In this document: piece after piece, positions 1-9,209 of the stretch
Layout: every line of letters starts with the position of its first letter
Position numbering within the stretch: the first letter of the stretch is position 1
Assembly (NCBI GenBank): GCA_019244185.1
Contig: JAFATB010000022.1
Span: 192,001-256,000 of the forward strand
From: Acidobacteriota bacterium
Lineage (GTDB): Bacteria; Acidobacteriota; Thermoanaerobaculia; Gp7-AA8
DNA length: 64,000 nt
Direction of reading: 5' to 3'
The notes under the pieces: generated by a model
The model's input: only the letters and a program-made list of their open reading frames with translations
Told to the model about the DNA's origin: nothing
Databases searched by the model: none
Position numbers and translations under genes: made by a program

Positions 1-117
1 GAGACCCGCGCGCGTCGGATTCGTTTCGGTGAGATCGAGCAGTTCGCCGCGCCATGCGCGCTCGCGCGTCAGCTGATTGACCGGAGCGTTCCAGTGCGCG
101 CGCGTCGAGAACTTCAC
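1..117 (-). CDS. 5' part of a probable PLP-dependent aminotransferase (class I/II), runs off window start
   Basis: Manual translation from GTG at 117: MKFSTRAHWNAPVNQLTRERAWRGELLDLTETNPTRAGL. The 'LLDLTxxNPT' N-terminus is typical of this aminotransferase group. Not in the ORF track. Confidence 0.6.
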   Translation of the reverse strand, partial: MKFSTRAHWNAPVNQLTRERAWRGELLDLTETNPTRAGL

Positions 118-127
118 GCGCGGGAGT

Positions 128-1222
128 TTACGTGCGGCAGGCGGCTTTCGCCGCGGCTTCGATCTCCGCGCGCTGATCGGCATGCGCGTCGGGCACGGAG
201 TCGATGGCCTGGCGGAACGTCGTCTGCGCTTCGTCGCACGCGCCGCGCGCCGCGAGAATGCGCGCGAGCGTATCGAGGCGCATCCACGCATCGGGCGCAT
301 GCGTCCCCGCGGCCTTGCGCGCGAACGGCTCGGCCTCGGCGATGCGCTTCTCTTCGAACAGCAGCCAGGCGAGGTTGTTGAGCGCGTCGGCGGATTCGGG
401 ATCGAGCTCGATCGCTTTGCGGAATGCTTCTTCGGCGGCGGGGTTGCGGCCGAGACGCATTTCGGCATTGCCGAGGTTCGTCCAGGCGATGGTGGCGCGG
501 GGATTCTTCGCGAGGATGTCGCGATAGGCCTGCGCGGCGAGCGCGTACTTGCCTTCGTCTTCGAGGCGCACGGCGGCGCGCAGCGGCTCGGCGAGCGGAT
601 CGCCCGGCTCGATGAGGATCGTCGCGTACTTGGTCGCCTTCCACGCGTTGTCGAGACGATCGATCGACGCCCAGCGCGCCTTGCCGTCGCCGAACTGCGT
701 GCGGAAGAGATCGCGCACGGGGTCGTAGCCGTCGAGCACGATGTAGTGGAAGAAGTCGTAGCCCTTGCCCGGCGCCTGCACGACCTGCAGCATGAGGATT
801 ACCGGATGTCCGGCGCGCAGCTCCTGCTCGACAAGGTTGCGGTCGCCGGTGACGAGCTTCGACTCGAAGCCTTTCTGCCGGGCCGCCAGCACGAGATCAA
901 TCGACATCACGCCGCCGTGCGTCTTCGGCAGCGTCGCGTCCCACTGCGCCATCGTGGTCGTGTCGCCGTAGTGCTGCAACACGGACGAGAGCGAGCCCGC
1001 GCCGCACGACTCGATTCCCCAATGCTGCATCGGGACGTTGGGGATGACGAGGGCGGAGGTGGTGGGGGAGGCGGAGCGGGGGGTCCAATAGACGCAGGCG
1101 GTGAGGGAGAGCGGCAAAAGCAGAATGAAGAACGCAGAACGCAGAATGAAGAATGAAGAAAGGGGACGGCGGCGCTTTCTTAATTCTGCGTTCTGCGTTC
1201 TGCGTTCTTCATTCATCTTCAT
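128..1222 (-). CDS. PA2778-like C39-family cysteine peptidase lipoprotein with C-terminal TPR repeats
   Basis: Lipobox LTAC; 'VPMQHWGIESCGAGSL' (catalytic Cys); 'HYIVLDGYD' (His); TPR motifs (AWTNLGNA, ALNNLAWL). Start is uncertain: ATG at 1222/1216, or 1294 overlapping the upstream stop. Confidence 0.8.
   Translation of the reverse strand: MKMNEERRTQNAELRKRRRPLSSFFILRSAFFILLLPLSLTACVYWTPRSASPTTSALVIPNVPMQHWGIESCGAGSLSSVLQHYGDTTTMAQWDATLPKTHGGVMSIDLVLAARQKGFESKLVTGDRNLVEQELRAGHPVILMLQVVQAPGKGYDFFHYIVLDGYDPVRDLFRTQFGDGKARWASIDRLDNAWKATKYATILIEPGDPLAEPLRAAVRLEDEGKYALAAQAYRDILAKNPRATIAWTNLGNAEMRLGRNPAAEEAFRKAIELDPESADALNNLAWLLFEEKRIAEAEPFARKAAGTHAPDAWMRLDTLARILAARGACDEAQTTFRQAIDSVPDAHADQRAEIEAAAKAACRT
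1120..1222. repeat. Inverted pair of heptamer tandem arrays (AGAATGA/AGAACGC)n
   Basis: 1120-1160 gcagaatgaagaacgcagaacgcagaatgaagaatgaagaa and the reverse-complement array at ~1176-1222. Confidence 0.85.
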
Positions 1223-1230
1223 GTAAAGCT

Positions 1231-1260
1231 CGGGCGAGCCGTTCTCCGCCGGCTCGCCCG
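1231..1260 (-). terminator. 11-bp GC hairpin between the PA2779-like gene and the peptidase gene
   Basis: cgggcgagccg-N8-cggctcgcccg; only a weak U-run (agcttt) on the minus strand. Confidence 0.45.
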
Positions 1261-1293
1261 TCATTCCCGTAGCCCTTGCGCCGGGATTCGGCA

Positions 1294-1650
1294 TCAGGAC
1301 AGCGCGACCACGAGGATCAACGCGGCGAGAGCGCCGATGCCGATCCAGATCCACTCCTGCTTCGTGAGGCCGGCGGCCTGGAGCTGATCGAGGTTCTGCG
1401 CGAGCTGGTGCAGGTCCTGCGGCGACATCTGCGCGAGCCGCTGATTGACCTGGTCCTGCGTGAAGCCGTGGGCCGTCAGAACGGCCGCAACCTGATCGTT
1501 GGCCGCGACTTCGCGGACGGCGGTCAGATCGGCTTGGCGGGAGTCGAGGCTCTGGTTCGCGGCGGTCTTCGACGGGACCGGTCCGGCGAACGCGGGCATC
1601 GCCGCGCAGGCAAGGAGAACGACGACAACAAACAAAATGGATTTCTTCAC
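1294..1650 (-). CDS. PA2779-family secreted protein (putative substrate of the adjacent C39 peptidase)
   Basis: Signal peptide; 'RLAQMSPQDLHQLAQNLDQLQAAG' then a hydrophobic tail; adjacent to a C39 peptidase; SD GAGG upstream. Confidence 0.75.
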   Translation of the reverse strand: MKKSILFVVVVLLACAAMPAFAGPVPSKTAANQSLDSRQADLTAVREVAANDQVAAVLTAHGFTQDQVNQRLAQMSPQDLHQLAQNLDQLQAAGLTKQEWIWIGIGALAALILVVALS

Positions 1651-1724
1651 GTTACTTCCTCCTATTCGTTACCCGGCGCCCCGGACGACGACGCGCCGTC
1701 CGGTGGGCTTCGCCTCCGACAGCG

Positions 1725-1740
1725 AGCACGACGCATGCCT
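1725..1740 (-). promoter_or_regulatory. Putative sigma54 -24/-12 promoter for the PA2779-like/C39 operon
   Basis: Minus strand AGGCATGCGTCGTGCT, GG-N10-GC spacing. Confidence 0.4.
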
Positions 1741-1835
1741 GCTCGACCGTACGCGGCGGATCGAGTGGCCCGGCGAAGGGCGGAACGTCGCGCGCGCCGC
1801 ACTCGTTATACTCGCCGGCGCCGGGCGCCACGCGC

Positions 1836-4016
1836 ATGATCCGCTTCGAAGACATCCTCGACCGAGTCGAGTCGTACAAGCCGGACTTCGACGAAGAGCT
1901 GCTGCAGAAGGCTTACATCTTCTCGGCGCGCGAGCACCGCGGCCAGACGCGCTCCTCGGGCGAGCCGTACCTCGTCCATCCGCTCAACGTCGCCTACATC
2001 CTGGCGGGCATGCGCCTCGACGAAACGTCGATCGCCGTCGGCCTGCTGCACGACGTCCTCGAAGACACGCTCACCACGAAGGAAACGCTGCAGGAGCTCT
2101 TCGGTGAAGCGGTCGCGGAGCTCGTCGACGGCGTCACGAAGATCTCGCGCTACGCCTACGTCTCGAAGGAAGAGCAGCAGGCCGAGACGTTCCGCAAGAT
2201 GCTGCTGGCGATGGTCTCCGACCTTCGCGTCGTGCTGGTGAAGCTCGCCGACCGGCTGCACAACATGCGCACCCTGCAGTACCTCCCGGAAGAGAAGCGC
2301 CTCGCCGTCGCGAAAGAGACGATGGAGATCTACGCGCCCATCGCGAACCGCCTCGGCATGGGCCAGATCAAGCACGAGCTCGAGGACCTCTCGTTCCGCC
2401 ATCTGCACGCGCGCGACTTCGAGGAGCTCAACAAAGCGGTCGAAGAGAAGATGGCCGTGTCGGGCGACGTCGTCGACCGCATCAAGGTCATGCTCGCGCA
2501 GAAGCTGGAAGAGAACGACATCGAAGGCGACGTGCACGGCCGCGTGAAGTCGATGTTCTCGATCTGGTCGAAGCTGCGCCGGCAGGACATCGACATCGGC
2601 CAGCTCTACGACTATCTCGCCTTCCGCATCATTACGCCGAGCGTCAAGGACTGCTACGCCGCCCTCGGCATCATTCATCAGATGTGGCGCCCGGTGCCCG
2701 GCCGGATCAAAGACTACATCGCGATGCCGAAGCCGAATTTCTATCAGTCGCTGCACACGACGGTGGTCGCGGAAAAAGGGCAGCCGTTCGAAGTGCAGAT
2801 CCGCACGCGCGAGATGGATCTCATCGCCGAGCAGGGCATCGCCGCGCACTGGAAATACAAGGAAGGGCGCGTCGGCGCGCATCCCGACGACACGAACTTT
2901 CTCTGGCTGCGGCAGCTCGTCGAGTGGCAGCACGAGATCAAAGATCCGCGCACGTTCCTCAACTCGCTCAAGATCGATCTCTATCCCGACGAGGTCTACA
3001 CGTTCACGCCGAAAGGCGACGTCTTCGCGTTTCCGCGCGGCGCCACGCCGCTCGACTTCGCGTTCCGCATCCACACCGACGTCGGCAGCCACTGCGTCGG
3101 CGCGCGCGTCAACGGCAAGCTCGTGCCGCTGCGCACGCATCTGAAGAACGGCGACATCGTGGAGATCGTCACCTCGCCGACGCAGTCGCCGAGCCGCGAG
3201 TGGATCAACATGGTCGCGACCTCGCGCGCGAAGCACAAGATCCGGCACTGGCTCAACGCGGAACAGAAGAACCGCTCCATCGAGCTCGGACGCAAGCTCA
3301 TCGAGCGCGAGGCCAAGCGCTACAAAGTGCAGTGGCGGAAGCTCATCGCCGAGAACGCGCTCGACGGCGTGCTCACCGAACATGGCTTGCCGCGCCTCGA
3401 CGATCTCTACGCCGACGTCGGCTACGGAAAAATCTCCGCGCGCTCGATCGTGGAGCGCTTCGTCACCGACGAGCAGAAGGAAAAAGGTCCCGCGCCCGAA
3501 CAGCCCGCGGGCGTGCTGCAGCAGGCCGTCCGCAAAATCTTCCCGTTCTCGTCGTCGGCCACGATCAAGGTCAAAGGCTACGACGATCTGCTGACGTATC
3601 TCGCGAAGTGCTGCAACCCGCTGCCGGGCGAGCCGATCATCGGCTACGTCACGCGCGGCAAAGGCGTGGCCGTGCACAGCGCGAACTGTCCGAACGTGAA
3701 GAACCTCATGTTCAACCCCGACCGCGAGATCGGCGTCGAATGGGCCGAGCAGCGGCAGACGCAGTTCCAGGTCGAGCTCGAGGTGCTGATCGAAGACCGC
3801 CAGGGCATCCTGGGGCGCGTGGTCTCGACGATCTCGAATCTCAAGACGAACATCCGGCAGATGGAGGCGCGCACCGGCGACGGCAAGGCGACCGTCGAGC
3901 TCGTGCTCGAGATCGCCGACCTCAAGCACCTCGAGCGCGTCACCCGTTCCCTCGGCAGCGTCGAAGGCGTGCTGCGCGTCGACCGCAAGTACAACATCCG
4001 CCACGCCACGGCGTGA
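1836..4016 (+). CDS. rel: Bifunctional (p)ppGpp synthetase/hydrolase (long RSH)
   Basis: HD motif (LHDVLEDT), KLADRLHNMRTL, YQSLHT, TGS domain, CC motif and ACT domain. Confidence 0.96.
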   Translation: MIRFEDILDRVESYKPDFDEELLQKAYIFSAREHRGQTRSSGEPYLVHPLNVAYILAGMRLDETSIAVGLLHDVLEDTLTTKETLQELFGEAVAELVDGVTKISRYAYVSKEEQQAETFRKMLLAMVSDLRVVLVKLADRLHNMRTLQYLPEEKRLAVAKETMEIYAPIANRLGMGQIKHELEDLSFRHLHARDFEELNKAVEEKMAVSGDVVDRIKVMLAQKLEENDIEGDVHGRVKSMFSIWSKLRRQDIDIGQLYDYLAFRIITPSVKDCYAALGIIHQMWRPVPGRIKDYIAMPKPNFYQSLHTTVVAEKGQPFEVQIRTREMDLIAEQGIAAHWKYKEGRVGAHPDDTNFLWLRQLVEWQHEIKDPRTFLNSLKIDLYPDEVYTFTPKGDVFAFPRGATPLDFAFRIHTDVGSHCVGARVNGKLVPLRTHLKNGDIVEIVTSPTQSPSREWINMVATSRAKHKIRHWLNAEQKNRSIELGRKLIEREAKRYKVQWRKLIAENALDGVLTEHGLPRLDDLYADVGYGKISARSIVERFVTDEQKEKGPAPEQPAGVLQQAVRKIFPFSSSATIKVKGYDDLLTYLAKCCNPLPGEPIIGYVTRGKGVAVHSANCPNVKNLMFNPDREIGVEWAEQRQTQFQVELEVLIEDRQGILGRVVSTISNLKTNIRQMEARTGDGKATVELVLEIADLKHLERVTRSLGSVEGVLRVDRKYNIRHATA

Positions 4017-4997
4017 TCACGCGCGCTGCTTGCGCGCGTACATCGCCGCATCCGCCGCGGCGAGCACCGTGTCCGGATCCGCGCCGTCTTCGGGAAAGAG
4101 CGCCCAGCCCGCGCTCGCCGTGACCGAAAGCGACGCGCCGTTTTCGTCGATCGGCTCGGCGATGCGCTGCTGCAGGCGATGCACGGTTTCTTCCGCGGTC
4201 GTGCGCGTGGCGATGCCGTCGAGGATGACGATGAACTCGTCGCCGCCGATGCGCGCCGCGAGGTCGCGGTCGCGGATCGACGACAGCAGCCGCTCCGCGA
4301 CGCATTGCAGCAAACGGTCGCCCGCCGCGTGACCGCGCTCGTCGTTGATCTTCTTGAAGCCGTTGAGATCGAGATAGACGACGGCGAACGGCCGCTTTGC
4401 GGCGATGTTCGCATCGAGCACGCTTTCGAGCTGATGGCGATTCGCGAGGCCGGTGAGCGTGTCGTGCAGCGCGCGCAGCGTGAGCCCCTCGTACTCGCGC
4501 GCGCGGTGCATGCTCGCGGCGATGATGCCGACGAGCAGCCGCAGCACTTCGTCCGCGCGATCGTCGAACGCGTGCGCGCTTGCGCTGTAGACCTTCAGCA
4601 CGCCGATGGCGGCCCCGCGAAAGCGCAGCGGCGTGACGAGCATCGAGCGCGCGCCGACGCGGCGGCATGCGTCGCGGTCGACACGCGGATCGTCTTCAGA
4701 ATCGTCGCAGCGGAGCGCCTCGTCGCGCTGCACGCACAGGCCGCTGAGACTCGTGTCCGCGCGCAGGCGCAGTCCGAGGTATTGCGTGGCGGTGCCGGAG
4801 GCCGCGGAGTAGACCATGTCGTCGCCTTCGTGCAGCTCGACCACCGCGGCGTCGGCGGCGGTGAGGCGCGCCGCGCGGCGCACGACGACGTCCATGACGC
4901 GGCTGAAGGCGAGGTCCGCCTCCACGATCTCCTGCTGGACCGCGATGATCGCAAGCAGCGTCTCCTGCGGCAACGCCGCGCCGGCTGAGTCGTTCAC
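4017..4997 (-). CDS. GAF-domain diguanylate cyclase
   Basis: GAF region, 'HDTLTGLANR', 'ARIGGDEF' with an RxxD I-site (RDRD). Start assumed at GTG 4997 to avoid overlap with the divergent gene. Confidence 0.88.
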   Translation of the reverse strand: MNDSAGAALPQETLLAIIAVQQEIVEADLAFSRVMDVVVRRAARLTAADAAVVELHEGDDMVYSAASGTATQYLGLRLRADTSLSGLCVQRDEALRCDDSEDDPRVDRDACRRVGARSMLVTPLRFRGAAIGVLKVYSASAHAFDDRADEVLRLLVGIIAASMHRAREYEGLTLRALHDTLTGLANRHQLESVLDANIAAKRPFAVVYLDLNGFKKINDERGHAAGDRLLQCVAERLLSSIRDRDLAARIGGDEFIVILDGIATRTTAEETVHRLQQRIAEPIDENGASLSVTASAGWALFPEDGADPDTVLAAADAAMYARKQRA

Positions 4998-5037
4998 GGG
5001 TTGTGGTGTGACGGAAGAATAGCGTAAAACCGATGCG

Positions 5038-5826
5038 ATGCAGATCGTGATTGTCGGGGCCGGCGTGTCGGGGCTCACCTGCGGCGTGGTGCTCGCGGAG
5101 CGCGGACACGGGGTGACGATCGCGGCGCGAGAGCTCGAAGGCACGACGTCGGAAGCCGCGGCGGCGATCTGGTATCCGTATCACGTCGGCGATGCGCGCG
5201 CGGAGGCGTGGGCGGCGGAGACGCGCGACGAGCTGACGCGGCTCGCGCGCGATCCCGCGAGCGGCGTCGCGCTCGTCGACTTCGACGTCGACGGCGAGGT
5301 GCTGCACGTGCCGCTCGCCGACACCACGCGCTACCTGCCGTATCTCCGCGCGCGCTTCGTCGCGGCGAGCGGAACGTTCGTGCAGCGTGAGATCGCGAGC
5401 TTCGATCGCGAAGGCATCGTCGTGAACTGCACGGGATTCGGTGCTCGTGCGCTCTGCGGCGACGAGTCGCTCACGCCCGGCTACGGCGTGTCGGTCGTGA
5501 CGAGCCGGCCGTCGACGTCACGCGCGCTGGTGCGCACCGCGGATCCGCTGACGTACGTGATCCCGCGCGCACACGACTGCATCCTCGGCGGCTACGACGC
5601 GCCGGAGCCGCCGCCAGCATCCAAAGTCGACGCGATCGTCGCGCGCTGTCGTGCGCTCATGCCGGAGTTGCGCGGCGACGTGCGCGGCGTGAAGCGCGGC
5701 ATCCGTCCGATTCGCGACGAGGTGCGGCTCGAGCGCGAAGGCAACGTCATCCACAACTACGGACACGGCGGCTCCGGCTTCACGCTGTCGTGGGCTTGCG
5801 CGCGGGAAGTGGCGCGGCTGGTCTAG
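5038..5826 (+). CDS. FAD-dependent oxidoreductase, D-amino-acid oxidase family (short, 262 aa)
   Basis: GAGVSG dinucleotide-binding motif; DAO signature 'IHNYGHGGSGFTLSW'. Confidence 0.85.
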   Translation: MQIVIVGAGVSGLTCGVVLAERGHGVTIAARELEGTTSEAAAAIWYPYHVGDARAEAWAAETRDELTRLARDPASGVALVDFDVDGEVLHVPLADTTRYLPYLRARFVAASGTFVQREIASFDREGIVVNCTGFGARALCGDESLTPGYGVSVVTSRPSTSRALVRTADPLTYVIPRAHDCILGGYDAPEPPPASKVDAIVARCRALMPELRGDVRGVKRGIRPIRDEVRLEREGNVIHNYGHGGSGFTLSWACAREVARLV

Positions 5827-6395
5827 AGCGCGGTGAGCACGCCCGCGGCGGCGCCGATGAGCGTGCCGGCGACGAGCTCGGCGATCGTGTGGCGTTCGAG
5901 CTTCCAGCGCGACCAGGCGATCGCGAGCGTGAACAGCGCGACGAACGGCGCGCTCTTCGGAAACTGCCACGCGACGAGCACGGCGCAGAACGCGGCGCAC
6001 ATCATGTGCAGCGAGATCTTGAGGAAGCGATGCGCGGCGATGCCGATGGCGAACATCGCCGCGGCGGCGACGAAGCCGCGCAGCAGGCGAGGGCTCGCGC
6101 CGAGAAAGTAGAACGCGGCGGCGCCGATGAGCAGCAGCGGAATCGCCGCGGTGTAGAGGCCGAGGCGCTGGTCGCGGCGCGAGACGTCGTAGTCGCTCCA
6201 CGCGCCGCGGCGGACGTTGCGGGCGGTGATGACGAGCAGCGGCACGATGGTCGTCAGCGCGAGGATCGCGCCCCAGCGGACGCTGCGCGTGGTGACGGCG
6301 ATGGTGAGAGGAACGAGGAGGAAGGGATGCCCGGCGACGGAGAGCGTACGGGCCGCGAGGATGGTGGAGGACGGGCGGGTGCGCCCGTCCTCCAT
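5823..6395 (-). CDS. Integral membrane protein, PAP2-like
   Basis: Several TM helices; 'KISLH' and 'WSRWKLERHT' PAP2-like motifs; ATG at 6395 directly downstream of rpmB. Confidence 0.65.
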   Translation of the reverse strand: MEDGRTRPSSTILAARTLSVAGHPFLLVPLTIAVTTRSVRWGAILALTTIVPLLVITARNVRRGAWSDYDVSRRDQRLGLYTAAIPLLLIGAAAFYFLGASPRLLRGFVAAAAMFAIGIAAHRFLKISLHMMCAAFCAVLVAWQFPKSAPFVALFTLAIAWSRWKLERHTIAELVAGTLIGAAAGVLTAL

Positions 6396-6400
6396 GGGGA

Positions 6401-6595
6401 CTAACGCGCCGCTTTCTGGATCTTGCCGGAGCGGATGCAACGGGTGCAGACCTGCATGCGCTTCACGGCGGTACCGAGCTTCACGCGGACGCTCTGCAGG
6501 TTCGGCATCCAGCGACGGCTGGACACGTTGTGGGCGTGGCTGACGCGGTTTCCGAACACCGGCGCCTTGCCGCAGACTTCGCACATCTTGGCCAT
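6401..6595 (-). CDS. rpmB: 50S ribosomal protein L28 (Zn-binding type)
   Basis: [10 protein letters not shown]...GNRVSHAHN...RRWMPNLQ...VCTRCIRS; SD GGGAG. Confidence 0.97.
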   Translation of the reverse strand: MAKMCEVCGKAPVFGNRVSHAHNVSSRRWMPNLQSVRVKLGTAVKRMQVCTRCIRSGKIQKAAR

Positions 6596-6722
6596 GGTTG
6601 ACTCCCTCAAATAACGCGAAAGGCGTGGATTGTAATCACCGGCCCGAATCGACGCAAGCGGCGGCGGCGGAGAATGCCGCGCAAACGCGTGTTTTCGTTC
6701 CACTTATCCAAAACCTGTAGAG

Positions 6723-6751
6723 TTGACACGTGAAATTAAACGATGTAATTT
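6723..6751 (+). promoter_or_regulatory. sigma70-type promoter of the pil operon
   Basis: TTGACA-17 nt-TAATTT in the AT-rich intergenic region. Confidence 0.65.
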
Positions 6752-6816
6752 CGCTTCACCTTTCTACATCTTCGGAGCCTGTGAGAAGTGAGCGTGTGAG
6801 ATGGATGGGGTGAGCG

Positions 6817-7875
6817 GTGTTCTTCTCAAAGAGCAAAAATGTCGTCGGCCTTGATATCGGCTCCTCAGCAATCAAACTGGTCGAGCTGAAGGAGAAGAAA
6901 GGCGGGGCGTACTCACTGGTCAAGCTGGGTGCCGAACGCCTCTCGCCCGAGGCGATCGTCGACGGCTCCATCATGGACAGCTCCATGGTGGTCGAGACGA
7001 TCCAGCGCCTGAACACGGACCAAAGCGTCAAGAATTCCAATTACGCGACGTCGCTTTCGGGCCATTCGGTCATCATCAAAAAGATCACGCTTCCCTCGAT
7101 GTCGCCGGAAGAATTGGCGGAATCGATCCAGTGGGAAGCCGAGCAGTACATCCCCTTCGACATCAACGACGTCAACCTCGATTACGTCCCGCTCACCACC
7201 CCCGGCGTGGGCGACAACATCGACGTGATTCTCGTCGCGGTGAAGAAGGAGAAGATCAACGACTACACGTCGGTGATCAGCCAGACCGGCAAGATGCCGG
7301 TGCTCGTCGACGTCGACGCGTTCGCGCTGCAGAACGCGTACGAGGTGAACTACGAGATGGAGGACGACAAGGTCCTCGCGCTCGTGAACGTCGGCGCGTC
7401 GGTGACGAACGTGAACGTGCTCTCGAGCGGCGTCTCGATGTTCTGGCGCGACATCACGTTCGGCGGCAACCAGTACACGGACGCCATCCAGCGCGAACTG
7501 AGCCTCTCGTTCGAGCAGGCCGAGGAGCTCAAGCGCGGCAAGCCGGTGGCGGACTACACGATCCAGCAAGTCATCCCGATCCTCAACTCCGTCTCCGAAG
7601 ACTTCGCGGGCGAGTTGCGGAAGACCCTCGACTTCTTCACGGCGACGTCGGGCGCCGAGCGCGTCGACGAGATCGTTCTCGCCGGCGGCGGCTCGGGCGT
7701 GCTGAACCTCGACGCGATCCTGCGCGACAAGTTCGGCATCCCCGTGTCGATCATGGACCCGTTCCGGAAAATCAACGTCGACGAAAGCCAGTTCAACCCC
7801 GAGGAACTGGCTGAGATCGCGCCGAGCATGGCGATCGCCGTCGGTCTGGCCATGAGGAAGTTGGGGGACGCTTGA
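6817..7875 (+). CDS. pilM: Type IV pilus assembly protein PilM
   Basis: 'VGLDIGSSAIK', 'EAEQYIPF', actin-like fold motifs; first gene of the operon. Confidence 0.95.
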   Translation: MFFSKSKNVVGLDIGSSAIKLVELKEKKGGAYSLVKLGAERLSPEAIVDGSIMDSSMVVETIQRLNTDQSVKNSNYATSLSGHSVIIKKITLPSMSPEELAESIQWEAEQYIPFDINDVNLDYVPLTTPGVGDNIDVILVAVKKEKINDYTSVISQTGKMPVLVDVDAFALQNAYEVNYEMEDDKVLALVNVGASVTNVNVLSSGVSMFWRDITFGGNQYTDAIQRELSLSFEQAEELKRGKPVADYTIQQVIPILNSVSEDFAGELRKTLDFFTATSGAERVDEIVLAGGGSGVLNLDAILRDKFGIPVSIMDPFRKINVDESQFNPEELAEIAPSMAIAVGLAMRKLGDA

Positions 7876-8549
7876 TCAAGATCAATCTGGTGCGGGAAGG
7901 GCGGGCGGTCCGCGGAGCCGGTGCGGCTCCCGCGCTGCCGACGGCTGTCGCCGTCGGCGCGCCGGCGACCACGAACGTCAACAACATCCTCATCCTCGCG
8001 TTGCTGGCCCTGGGCGTCCTCGCCGCGGGCGGCTACTGGTTCTGGGAGAAGCGGATTCTCGCGGAGCGCAAAGACGTCGCCGACCAGCGCCGCGTCGAAG
8101 CGCAGAAGCTCGAGCGCATCATCCATGAAGTCGAGGACTACCAGAAGCGCAAGGACAACCTCCAGCAGCGCATCGATCTGATCAACCAGCTCAAGCAGAA
8201 CCAGAAGGGGCCGGTGCGCATCCTCGATCAGGTCAGCCGCGATCTTCCCGACCTGGTCTGGCTCGACTCGATGGACATCTCCGGCGGCCGCATCGCGCTC
8301 AACGGCCGGGGACTGAATCCGAACGCGATCGCGCTCTTCATCGAGAACATCAAGAACGATCCCTACTTCGAGGAGCCGCAGGTCAACAGCATCAATCGCG
8401 TGTCGGAGGCGCCGCTGGTGTACACGTACGACATGAACTTCGCGTTCACGTGGGCGCCGAAGACGCCGCCCGCGGCACCGGCCGGCACACCGGCGGCCAC
8501 CGGCACCACGGGCACGACCACCACCGCAACGGGAACGCAGCCGCACTAG
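7872..8549 (+). CDS. pilN: Type IV pilus assembly protein PilN
   Basis: N-terminal 'IKINL' PilM-binding motif, TM helix, coiled coil. Confidence 0.92.
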   Translation: MIKINLVREGRAVRGAGAAPALPTAVAVGAPATTNVNNILILALLALGVLAAGGYWFWEKRILAERKDVADQRRVEAQKLERIIHEVEDYQKRKDNLQQRIDLINQLKQNQKGPVRILDQVSRDLPDLVWLDSMDISGGRIALNGRGLNPNAIALFIENIKNDPYFEEPQVNSINRVSEAPLVYTYDMNFAFTWAPKTPPAAPAGTPAATGTTGTTTTATGTQPH

Positions 8550-8573
8550 CGGAAGGATGAGCAGGAGAAGTCG

Positions 8574-9209
8574 ATGGCGCTGACTCTGGACGACAAACCG
8601 TGGTGGGTTGGCCTGCTGGTCGGGCTCGTGCTCGCCGTGCTTTGCGTGGTCGCGGTCGAGTACCTGTTCGTCGGCGACGTGAAGGCGGAGATCGCCGACA
8701 CGGACCGCGAGATCGGACAGCTCGAAGAGAAGATCCAGCAGGGCCGCGCCGCGGAGCGCAAGCTGCCGCAGTTCCGCGAGGAAGTGAAACGCCTCGAGCA
8801 GGAGCTCGAGAAACTGCGCCGCATCCTGCCCTCGCAGCGCAACACGGAAGAGATCATCAAGAAGGTGAAGTCGCTCGTCGACAGCGGCGAGTTCGCGCTG
8901 CGCCATCTCAACTTCCCGCCGCTCAACACCGGCTCGAGCGATCCATACGTCGAGTGGCCGATCTCGATCGCGCTCGACGCGCGCTATCACGACCTCGCGC
9001 AGCTCTTCGCGAAGCTCGGCAACTTCACGCGCATCATGAACGTCGAGCAGATCCACATGAACGCGCTGCCGAATCAGGACGTGCGGACGATCGGCGCGGA
9101 TTTCACCGCCAAGACCTTCGTCTACATCGAGCCGAAGGAAGCGCCGAAACCGCCGGGCGGACCGAAGCCGGGCGGTGGCGGCGGCAGTGAGAGCGGCGGA
9201 GGCGAATGA
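8574..9209 (+). CDS. pilO: Type IV pilus assembly protein PilO
   Basis: TM plus coiled coil, 'ILPS', 'YHDLAQLFAKL..FTRIM'; operon position. Confidence 0.92.
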   Translation: MALTLDDKPWWVGLLVGLVLAVLCVVAVEYLFVGDVKAEIADTDREIGQLEEKIQQGRAAERKLPQFREEVKRLEQELEKLRRILPSQRNTEEIIKKVKSLVDSGEFALRHLNFPPLNTGSSDPYVEWPISIALDARYHDLAQLFAKLGNFTRIMNVEQIHMNALPNQDVRTIGADFTAKTFVYIEPKEAPKPPGGPKPGGGGGSESGGGE

